DNA of 64,000 nucleotides. Source: Chrysomallon squamiferum. Lineage: Eukaryota > Animalia > Mollusca. The position numbers and the translations under genes are program-made. Of this stretch, positions 45,442 to 58,000 are shown in pieces. A model generated the notes under the pieces. It searched no databases and was not told the origin of the DNA. It worked only from the letters and a program-made list of their open reading frames with translations. Where the stretch lies: the NCBI GenBank assembly GCA_012295275.1, contig CM022669.1:18600001-18664000 (forward strand). Direction: 5' to 3'. Numbering within the stretch: the stretch's first letter is position 1; every line of letters starts with the position of its first letter.

Positions 45442-47985
45442 CTCCCCTCTGGACATGAACATACATACACATTTAAACATAAACTCTACAGCGGAAACAA
45501 AAGCAGATGTAGATCAGGACTGTATAACAACCGTGCCATCAAACTGATGCTAAGATATATATTTTGTTTTCTTCTACGTAAATAAATATGTTCAGCAAAT
45601 AAACAAACGTATTTTTTTCCAACAGATCTTACTCTCTGTTGAAAAAACTTCCTTTGACAGCAGCGACCAAAAATGTCCGTTTCTTTCAAATTATCTATTG
45701 TATTTTATGGTCGGCCAAGACACAAAGACGTCTATTGTACATTTCAACATTAGAATGTTTCTACGTCTACTGGTCATTGTATACCTTACTTGTTTAAATC
45801 TCCGTGTCGTTAGTAAAACATATTTACCACTGTTTTTCGTTAGAGGCTTTTATATTGTACTTAAGTGTTGTTTAATTCCTCAGATGTTAACGGATTTGAT
45901 TGAAAAGAACTTTTGTTCTGAAAGGCGGCTGAATTAGAGTTTTATGTCAAGTTTTGATGTTTTTGGTCAATTTCGCCCACATTTTAGGTTAGGATGCCCC
46001 CAAAATCAGCCATTCAACGATGATCAGTGAATTTTTAATACATGTTAAAAGTGTGACTGTTGAGTTTTGAGAACCAGGCGTTGCCGCTAAGGCGATGTTT
46101 TATAATAATATTAAGACAACTAAATAAGATATGAAAAAATTTTCAAACATTCACGTTTTATATAACACTGAATTTGTGCACAGATTAAAAGTAACAATCA
46201 CATTTTTGCAAAACTGTCATTATTCTTTGCTTTTGTTTTCATATCACATGTATCTTAAATCTTCGATAATACATAGTCTTTGATATACAGCTTATGCAAT
46301 TACTGTTTAGTTTGTTTTTGAAGTAAGTGTCCATGTAAAGTACGGGGATAAGATAGTCACAGTGAATATTTGTATTAAAAAAAAAAAATTGAATGAAATA
46401 ATAATAGAAAAAAAAAAATAATGGGAGAAAGAGTAACAGGAAAAATAGAAAGAAATAAGGAAAGAAGAATGAAAGAAAGAAAAATATGATAAAAAGAAAA
46501 CAATAGATACAATTCAGTTCCTGTGCATGTATGTATGTATATATGTATGCGGTCATCGCTGAATGGCTAATTTTGGGGGGACATCCTAACCTAAAATGTG
46601 GGCGAAATTGACCAAAACCATCAAAACTTGACATAAAACTCTAATTCAGCCGCCTCTCAGAACAAAAGTTCTTTTCAATCAAATCCGTTAATATCTGAGG
46701 AATTAAACAACACTTAAGTACAATATAAAAGTATATATATACACACACACACGCATACATATATACATACATACATACATACACAATAATTAAATGATGA
46801 AGTATGTTATATCTTTTGTGTCAAAACTTTTGAAATCCTATTCCAGTTATATTCAGTTATACTATAGTTAAATTAGATTTGAGTAAAAAAAAATAAAAAT
46901 ATTTATTTTCAGTGAACTATTTAAAATTTGATTATGTAATAATTAATTTATCTGTGAACAGCTTATACTAAAATATCAACTGTTGTATCTAAAATGCTTT
47001 ATTGCTACACCTTGCACTATTTTCGCCACGAATAAAATAACAACAGTAAAAAATAACAATAACGATACTACTAGTACTACTACTACTACTACTAATAATA
47101 ATAATAGTGATAATAATAATAATGAAGAAAAAAAAAACAAACACTGAAAATATGAAAGAAAGAAAGAACAGAAAACTAAATAAAATAAATAAAAGATGGA
47201 GGTCAAAACATCAAGTACAAAACTGATCATCAATATTACCATCTCTCATCTGTCAATAAGAACATCAAATCTAAATTCCTTTCTTGCACATGTTTGTCTA
47301 AACAAGCTGAAAGCACTCAAAGTTATTTCTCCATCTCCAAATCCAGTACCAGACGAAGCCTCAGCTCTATCGATATATTCTCATACCTTAGCTGTCCCAT
47401 TTCTCAATAACCTCAAATTGGGATCTACTTCAAGCACGCAGACATAATCTTCTGTCTCCATGTGACTCAGATATGAGATTTAGCCCTTATTACATCCTCT
47501 GGTGCACAAAACTGTTCACATGCCAAGACAAACGTATCTGTATTTTTATTTCTGAAACAATAAAACACACCAGTGATAATTCTTGATGGCTCAGATATCA
47601 TGGGGTAAAATTATGCACGTGCTAAACCTTTGCTTGCAGCAAATGTGATGCTGGTTTTGAATTGTGCCAATTCAAAAATAATAATTTTTGAAGAAACAAG
47701 TTGAAAAAAAAGAAGAGAAGAAAAGTAAGACAGAAAAAAAAAGAGTAAAGTCGCAAATATTTGTAGATTATTTAGAAAACCATTGCTTTCCATAGTTAAT
47801 AAAATACAAATGATTTTGAAGTATGCCAGTTCCAAAATAATTTTAACCCTTGAAGGTTTAGCTATTAAACAGTTTCTGAGATCTTTTGTGTTTACTTCCA
47901 ATAATTATTGCATTGGATTTGAAGTGTTCAAATAATAAACTTAAAACATACTCTGATACATACAGACAACAACAACAACAACAAC

Positions 47986-48019
<34 letters not shown>

Positions 48020-50463
48020 TGATGATGATAATAATGATGATAATACATATGAAGATGCAAACTTTCATGTGGATTCAAAGACTTTGAAATTTCTGGTTCC
48101 AGAGAAGAGTTTACCAGAAAAGATGAAAAGTCAAATGTACTGAAATTATTTTTTTTACGTAGTAATGTACATCTGGACCATAGCTTTTTTTTCTTTCTTT
48201 TTTTTATCTAAGTAATTATTGAAATTCTAAAATCAAAACTTTTTTTAGTCGTAATTTATACAATAGAGTAATTGTACACAAAAAATAAAATAAAAAATAC
48301 CGCACAATTGTAAACTTTAACATTAATACATCATTCCTATCTATTCATCTATCCATCCATTACTCCTTTCATCCATTCATTCATCCGTCCATCCATTTGC
48401 CCATTTTTTTCGTCCATCTATCCATCTGTCCAGTTGTTATTTCCTAGACAACTCACCGCAATTTTCTCTTTTTATCTAAAACATATTTAAAATCTTAGAC
48501 ATAAAACATCGGTAGAAAACAACACCTAAAATCATATAGCAAAAATCAGTTATCGAAATATAATATTATTTTCGTCAGAAGGATGTTGGACATTCATCAC
48601 TTCGATTTCATATCTAACATTTTTCACAAATAACATGTATAGATTATCACTTTTTTATATCATCTGATTAAAAAAGAATCATGTTGGTTTAGCTAACTCA
48701 AAGTGTACAGTATCATCCATTATTCTTTATTTAACTCTGAACACATTATTCTTTAAACCTTCAGCTTTACATTTACTTTTCATGACCACAGAAAAATGTA
48801 CCTTGTTTGCCAACCTATAAAAGATACAGCTTAGCAATGATGTATTTCTTGGAAGAAAGTAATGCCTTATTTTTCTAGGATTTAATTTTATTTTTCGCTA
48901 GGGGACGGGTCTGGGATATCAGAAAGAGGGAGCCATCATCGACATTGACGTAACTTTCAGAAATAACCAAAATTTGTTGCCTACGAGTTGAACCCCTGCA
49001 CCTTGTAGCACATGAAATGAGTTTTGTTTAGATGCACCAAAAACAGATTTATAACTTGTTGTATTACAAAGTCGATGTGAGATCTTCATATTTGTCCACT
49101 GTAAGCTTCGTGAGTCAACACGAAGAACATGATTTTATTTAGATTTTGCTAAAAACTGAGTGCAATTTTTTCAACCTTTGTCTTTTTTGAAGTTTCAGCT
49201 TTTAACTGCAAGCTAATTCTTGTGTAGTACTTTAAATAACGTTTCCAGTCCTAGGCTTTGCCTGTGTGTTTTTTTTTCTTTTTGTATTATTTATTTGGAA
49301 TTCGTGAAATAAAAAATGGATTGTATAGATACGTCATGTTTGAATGTCAATAACATGATAAAAATGGTCTGGATGTTCAAAAATCAGATATCGTAGAAAA
49401 ACCCCACATAATAATAAAAAATAAATACAAAAAATAAATGAATAATAATGATGGTTATGATGATGATGATGATGATTATTATTACTATTTTGTATTATTA
49501 TTGTTATTATTATTATGAAAATAATAAAATAATAATTTGTTTATTTATTTTTTTTTTTTAAATAATATTGATGATACAACCACATTTCTTTTAAGTAATC
49601 AAGCACATATTTCTCTCATTTTACATCAGACGTACATATTATTCTCCAGACTTTGAGATAATTATATCTTTACTTCGGCGGCAAAAGCTTTTTTTCTTTC
49701 AGAATCCACTGTAAATAATATCTTTGATATATACGAATTAATATATCATCTTGAATGACTACATATAAAATAAAGTTTGTATATATATATATACCTGTCT
49801 GTTTGCATATCTGTATGAATGCATTAGCAAATACTTGAAATAATAATACTTAAAACGATATTATTTCTTATTTCTTCTTGCTGCTGTTTTACAGAGCCAA
49901 CGACCACGTGTTTCTGTTTCACCGTCCACTCAAGTATGATTCAAACGATATATCGTTCGGAGAAGATCAGTCCTCTGAAATGGTCCTGACCGTTCTCTTT
50001 GACCAGTGGCCTGAGACGGTAAGTCACGTGATTTTGACTTAATGATTACAGCCTATGGGATGTTTTGTTATTATGCCCAGTAGAACAGAATATTTATTGG
50101 CGTAGTTATACATTTTCACAAATAGCAAAGAAGGTCATATATAGTGTTCAAAGCTGTTGTCATTCTCTGATTTCACATAAATGACCTAAGACGGTAAACT
50201 ACATTGTTTTGATAGTACTACTAATTTAGAAGCTTGAAAAGCTGAATTACATTGTAAGGGTTTGTATTGGCCAGTTGCCTATGGCTGTCAGTTATATGAT
50301 TTTGACTCATCATTCAGTCGCTGGATATACAGTTTTTCTTAATCGTATCAGTATGAATATTGCTAGAATGATAATTTCAATTTCCATTGAAAAGTGATAT
50401 AAATAAATAAATAAATAAATAAATACAAGCAAGTAAGTAAATAAATAAATAAATGTAAAATTC

Positions 50464-50500
<37 letters not shown>

Positions 50501-50594
50501 ATGAAAAAGAAAAGAAAAGAAGAATGAAACAAAAACAAAAAACAAAACAAAACATACAAACAAACAAACAAACGAAAAATAATAATAATAAACG

Positions 50595-50625
<31 letters not shown>

Positions 50626-52060
50626 AAAACGAATCCGGAAAAAAAAAAAAAAAAAAAAAAAAAACGCACATATGAACTACTTTGTGCCTATTGTAGAAAA
50701 ATGTATATATTGCTTCTCTTTCTTTCCTTTTCTGTTCTTAATGCTTTTATATATATATAAAAACATTCTAAAAAGAATGGTTTATTATGATATAAACATA
50801 ATACAATGATAGTGAATACGTTCATCATATGAAGGCACATTCAAAGCAAATTTAAATTTATCAACAAGTCAATCATAATAAGAAAAGTGGATATTTTCCT
50901 GCATCTATTTATAACAAATACACATAAACCCAGAGACACATAATTTATTTGTCTATATGTGTGTATGTGTCTGTGAATGTGTTTGTGATTTAAAAAACAG
51001 AGAAATTAAGAAAATAATCCACAGAGAATATCTAGTTTAGAGAAATTTAGTTTAGTACATAACAGTTTTATTGCTTGTATTTCTAGCAATGGGCATCTCA
51101 TTTATTCCTAGAGTCACACACATGTATTAAGATATATTAATTCATGAACCTTATTTTGACACAGTAAATTTGCATAAAGGAAATAAATAAAAAAAAATAA
51201 AAAAATAAGAATTAGAAACCTACCTAAAATACAAAAAACAGAAGAACATACAATAAGGAAAATTGAAAATATATATCAATAAACATCTATATATATATTC
51301 ACACACAGTAAAAGAAATAAAAAAATGTTTATTATTTATTGTACAGGGTCACGTGAAAATGAATGTGTTTTTCTACGACTACGACGACTTCGATCACACG
51401 ACGTTGTTGGTTGACTGGTTTGAAACGGAGCTGATTAGAACGGTAGAAAAGGGAGACTACGAAAACACGGTTGTCAAGGGCAACCGCCAGGAAGACAAAA
51501 CGCTGTAAGTGGTGAATAAAGTTAGCGTAACGTTTACGTTCATGATGTTCCTATATAAATGTACTAGAGAATGTAAGCACAGCCCATGCACTGGACACCA
51601 CTGGTAGGGGGCGCCACTGAGTTATTTCTATTAATCTTGATCGGTAAAATACTGTTATGTATCTATATATTTGTGTGTGTGTGTTTGAATGTATGTATGT
51701 ATGTATGTATGTATGTATGTATGTATGTATGTATGTATGTATGTTTTATTAATGTATGTATGTGTGTGTGTGTTTGCAGACATATAAATAAGAAATATAA
51801 TAATGTATGTCCAAATATTCATTTTTTTCTTCTTTTTTTTTTCTTAAAAAATACAAGTATTTTAAAATGTATCTTGCATGTCACTGTATATTAGGTCATG
51901 TAGTATTCCCTGTTTATACATATTAATTATTGAATAATATTCGTTGTCTTTCTCGCATTCGCGAGATATAATAATACAAGTGGTATTAGCCCTAACTGAA
52001 CATGGTATTTGGGATCAAAGTTACAGTTAGAAATAAGCTAACTAAATATGAGTAGTTACC

Positions 52061-52099
<39 letters not shown>

Positions 52100-55000
52100 T
52101 GATGATGATGATGATAATGATGATGATGAGGATAATAATAATATTAATGATGATGATACTAATAATATAATTTTGTCTTAACTGTTGTCGTCGTCGTTCG
52201 TCATCACCATCATCATCATCTTCATCATTATTATGTTACTATTGTTACGTGTAATAGAATATGATGCATTTGATGGTAAATATTAGATTATGATGATGAT
52301 GTTGATGATGATGATGACAGTTATGACAGTGATTATGATGACAGTGACGACGACAGTGATGTTGATGATACTGATGACAATGAATATGACAAAAAACAAA
52401 GATTATGATGATGATGACGATGTTACTGAAGTTGATGACAATGATTATGATAATGATTATTACGACATCTATGACGACGACAGTGATGATGATGATGATG
52501 TTGTTTGTCATGCTATATTTTGATCTAATTCCAGACTGAAATTTGAGTGGTCTGTCGAGTGTTACACAGAAGACGACTGTCTACACGCCCCGGCAGACCT
52601 GGCCGAGTGGCCCTGGGGAATGACCAACACGATGCTTAACATATCCAACGGCGGCTTGAGAAGCTCAGCGAGCAAGAAAACCGACAAACTGAAGAACCCT
52701 GAAAGCAGCTGGGCCATCCAGTGGAAGAAAGACACGGAGAAAGCCTCGCCATTTCATCCTTTCGTACAGAGCACCCACCACCGGGACAACGTCATCTGGG
52801 GCCAGGCGCCGACAAGCAGCTCCGAAGACGTTGCTCTTGACATGAAGATGCATCGGTCTGGAAGGAGAAAGTCCGTCATCTCGCAGATGACAACAGTAAC
52901 AAAGTGGGACAGATTTACGCCCAAGTTCCACAGCGAGGATGAACACAGTCGAGGTATGATGCCGGAGATTAAACGACCTATGAACTCTCGAGCCGATGTT
53001 AAAGGAACAGATGAGAGGAATAAGGAAGATACACTGAAAAGAATGTCGGATGAAAAGAAAAGCTTTTCGAATCAAAGGAAAACGAATGCTGGTGACGAAG
53101 GTGGTATTCGCAGGACTGAATTAGTCAATTTGAAGAAAAATCTGGAAGTTCATTGTCGCGAGGTGGCATTAAATCAAGGAAGAAAGGTATTTTTATATCC
53201 AAAGAAAAAGAAGCAGACTTTGATAAGAGAGGGAAGCTCACTAAACTGGATGAAGCATCGTCGCAAGGAAAAACAAATTCTAGAAGTAAAAATGTACATT
53301 ATTCTAAAGAAGACAATGGGAAACCTCACGTGGAAGAAAGAATTACAAAGCAAAGTGACTCAATTTCCCGAGGATCAACAAAAACAAAAGACAAAGTCGT
53401 AAATTTACCTAGAGAAAAACATCGCAAATCTAGTGCCAAAATCAAAATTATTTCTACACAAAATAAAGAAGAGGCTAATATAAAATCTGTGTCACACAGT
53501 GATAAACCTAACAGTAAAGTGAAGGCACCAGGTCCGTCTAACGTTGTCAAAGCGTCAAATGGAAGATTAGGAATAAAACCACCGTTTTCAAAATGGATAA
53601 CCAGAACTGTAACGAAATACCCCTTGAAGGAAACGTCTCCAAGGCTTCACAAACCAATAATCCAGAAGACCGAACCACATTTCAAAGAAGAGGCTAAGAA
53701 GTTTGGTATTGGTGGAAAGAAGACTCACGAAGAAACAAGAGAGAGAACAATTCCTGGACATTCCAACAAACCGCCGGGTGCTGACAACGTTAAATCTCGA
53801 CCTCATGGGAAGATTAATATGGCTGATATTAAAAACAGAAACAAAAATAAAATAAATGATATAGGAAACAAATTAATAGCTAAAGACAAAGGATCCAAGA
53901 AAAGCCCGTATCAGAAAATAAACCAAAGTTACCACAGCTGTACCAAAAATGATAAAGGAAAAACATGAAAGCCGTAAATCTGCTGTAACTACCAAGTTAC
54001 AGAAACCATTGTTAGTTACAAGTTCATCCGTAGAAAAGAAAAATTTGCTGAAACCTATTAAACATCCTCCATCCAGACCTTTACAAACAACTCCTCTTTC
54101 AGCAGCTAAACCAGTGAAAATGATAATAACAGGCTCCCGAAACAAGAACCCAAAACCAACCGTAGCTACTCCTAAAAGGAAATCGAATCCGATTCCAATT
54201 AATCCTAAAATAAAACTAAAGCCTTCAACGATTTCTCCGTTCAGGAATCCAAAACCCACCACAGTGTCACGGAACAAAAAAGTAACAACTACCACGACGT
54301 CACGATCGAAGTCATTAAGAACTAGCACTATGGCTACAAGAAGTTTAAGACCAGCAACTGTTGGTGCGAACAAGAAGTTAAAAACCAATTCACGACTGTC
54401 TAGGAAGATGAAACCTGTTACGACAGCTACAGTGACCAAAAGTATTCCAACGGTTAAATCTCTTGTTACGAGTTTAAAATCTTCCACAGTCTCTTCGTCG
54501 AGAAAGATAGTGACTGATTCTAAAAAGACGAGAAAGAAGGAGATTAGTTCTTTGTCAAAATCGAAATACACTAAGCATTCACCTGCCCCTCCTCTTGCTG
54601 AAAGATTCACACACAGAACACAGCTGCAGAAACATACAACCACTGCACCAAGAAAAAATCACTCAACACCAAAATCTCCATTTCTTAAAGAATTTAACAA
54701 TCAGATTCCAACATCTGGGAAGCTTCTGAAAACATTTCCAAGGATCACCAAACCACCAACTAATACCAAACCTGTAAAATCAAAAAATATTCCTTTAAAG
54801 GAACAAAGCGGGAAAAATGAAGGCTTAGTCAAAAATAAAAGTATCTTTCAGTCAAAGAAGTCAGATGGAATTGTATCAGAACATAAAATATCCACGCCAG
54901 ATGAAAAATTAAAATCATCTTCCAAGAAAACTTCAGCCAAGATTAAGATCAATTTAAATCCTCTTTTAAATAAAAACAGGAGACGTCCTTTCAGGCCATT

Positions 55001-58000
55001 GAATCAAAGTGGTAAATCGAAGGTTTTGGGGAAGAAAATAATAAACCCAACAACACAAAGAGTTCACTTTTATAAACGTACTCGCAAATACGGTCAGCTC
55101 AAGACGATGTCTGATCTAATCAAAGAACAAGCTTCAGAGATTAGAAATTCGTGGAAACTGAAGACTTCGGCCACACCGACTGTTGTTAACAAACTGACAA
55201 CGCCAACGTCTGTAACTACCCAAGCGTCAACGAGCGTTGTATTGTTGAAGCCAAACTTAAGACAAAAAATCAGGGAAAATAATAAAAAGGTAACTAAATC
55301 AATGAATAAGTTTACTAAAAAAATCAGGACGCTTCCAAAGGATGTTACCATTGGTAAGAAAACAAAAGCAGTATCAGTTATTAGTAGTCGTACAACGTCA
55401 GTAAGACCAACGACGTCACGACTGTTGTCATCTTCAACACAAACCAAAGAAAATCATCTGGGAATAAGAAAATTGAAAACGAAAAAGAAAGGGGTCGAAG
55501 AAGTCACGCTGAAGACGGCAAGAATACCAGCACCGCTTTTTAAAGTCAGACGCAAGCGGCCAACTGCGCAGTCTCCTGTCGGTTCTCTGAAACGAACAGC
55601 AGCGATTCTATCGCAGCCAACGCAGATTCCCGTATTGTCGCGTGATCTAACCACAAACAGTTCTGTGCCTCAGTCAACAACCTCGCCACGACTTCGCTGG
55701 TGGCAGTGGACAACGAGACCCATCCCGTTTTCCACGTCACCGAAGTACGGACAGTGGACTCAGTTTACACGGTGGTGGCAACGTCCTCCAACAACGTTGC
55801 CGCATGTAGTCTTACCCATTCAGAACATTGGTCCTCATACACACGTGTTCACAAGGAGAACGACGCCTACGCGATCATTTCGACGTCGCATGCGACCAAC
55901 AACTACACCAACGCCGAGTACTTTGCCTCATACACACTTATATACACTAGAAGAACGACACCAGCGAGGACATTTCGACGACGCATGCGACCAACAACTA
56001 CACCAACCCCCAGCACTTTACCTCATACCCACATATACACTAGAAGAACAACGCCATCTAGATCACTTCGTGGACGTACGCGGGCTACAACTACGCATAC
56101 GCCAGGTACTTTGCCTCACACCAGTAGTTACACAAAAAGAACCTTTCCTCAAAAATCATTTCGAGGTCGTACAAAATCTGTAACAAAGCCTTCTAGTACG
56201 ATTCCAAAAAATCATAAGTACACTAGAACAACGACAACGACAAGGTCGTTCCGTCCTCCTACTACAACGGCGTCGATTATGTCTGAACGTCAGTCTCGAA
56301 GTACAACATCGAAACCAGGGACAAAATTATTAAAATCAGTAGGTAAAACAAGAAAGGAAAATAAATACGCAAGTGTAAAATACAGTGACAAAAAGTCAAA
56401 AATTTCTCCTTCCATGACAACAACAGAAAAAAGTCAAAATTACAAATCAAGTAAACTGACAACTAAACCATCAAAACATTCCAAAAAGAATTATAAAACT
56501 GTAAATGTAACGCCGATGACCAAAGAAATAACTCTACAGAAGAAAAAAGATAAAAATTTGTCAGCCAAAGAAACAACCACATTGTTACCTAATGGAAAGA
56601 GAAGAAATTCTCAACAGCCCCAGAAAAACAAAAACCACCAATCATCTTTACAAAGTCGAAATAAATTTGAAGAAACATAGATCTGATTCAAACCGAAAGA
56701 GTGGCACATTGTCGAATTCTGAAAAATCTTCTAAAACCACAGTGACTGCTAAATCAAAAGACGTCAGTTATTCCACAGAAAAGAATGATCAGTCGCTCAG
56801 AAAGTCATACTCAACAAAAGGTCCTATTTATAAATTAGATTCGAAAATATTCCACAAACTGAACAAGTCGATTAAGAAAGGGATCCTGATTTCAGCTGCT
56901 GCTTCTAATGGTCCTGATTCGGACACGAGAAGAACTTTCTCTCCAAGGATTGCGCCTAACATTTGGAAAAACACCAAGAAAAAACAAAACACGTCTTCTT
57001 TGGAACTACGTAAAAGAAAAAGTGTTTACGAATAATTCCACATCGCAGTGGTGGTTGAAAACAACGACATCGACACTGCAGCAATCGCCATTTAGTTCTG
57101 CTGCTCCAAAACACGTCTTCGACATAAAAGCTCTTGCGGCTCCGTTTTTGAAACCAACTTTGAATGGTTATTTAAACGAGAAACAAGGCAACAAGTCTGT
57201 AAAACAAACGATAAATGATGTAGATAATATCAACACTCCTTCACCAAATATTAAGACTAAAAATTTAAAAGGAACTGTTACTACTAAGTCGACGGAAAAT
57301 ACGAAAACGAAAACACACGAAATAAAGCAGGATGGAGCGACACGAGTTAAAACAAAAAATTTAACAAACAGCAAAAGGACTTTCTTTACAAAACAAAGCC
57401 ACTGTTACTAAATTTAAACATTTAAGTACCAAAACTTATATTCAACCGAATTTTGTCACTGCTGAATTTGTGACTAAACCGAAGTTAAAAGTAACAATGC
57501 CAAAAACAGTGCGTACGACTAAAGCCTGGAAACTGCCCAACGAACCAAAGTCAGAAACAACAACTAAATCTGAAATAACAGGATCTAAAACTGTTACCAT
57601 TACACCTCGGCAGACTAAGTCTTACTGGTCCAGAAAACGAACATCTCCAACAAAATCGTATAAACATATGTCTACCAAAGCTTACAACAAAATGTCAACT
57701 AGAAGTTACAATCAGATGTCAACCAGATCTTACAACCAGATGTCAACCGGAAAGTATCATCAGACATCAACCACCAAAAGTATTAAAAACAAACAAAACA
57801 CAAAACACTGGACACAGCTTTGGCCAAGTCTAACAGTGAACAAAAACAGCGTTACAAAAAGGAAACTTCCGTCGTGGAACCGATGGTTAACAACAACTGC
57901 AGCACCTTCTACGAGCGAAATTCAGAACAAACCATCTGTGACTACAAATATCAAAAACAGATCAAGAGCTAGCAGTAATAAAACTGGAAAAACTGGAACT

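Noticed and set aside
52245-52523. His-rich and Asp/Met-rich ORFs just before the giant exon
   Set aside because: A GAT/GAC microsatellite inside intron 4. The true acceptor is at 52534.
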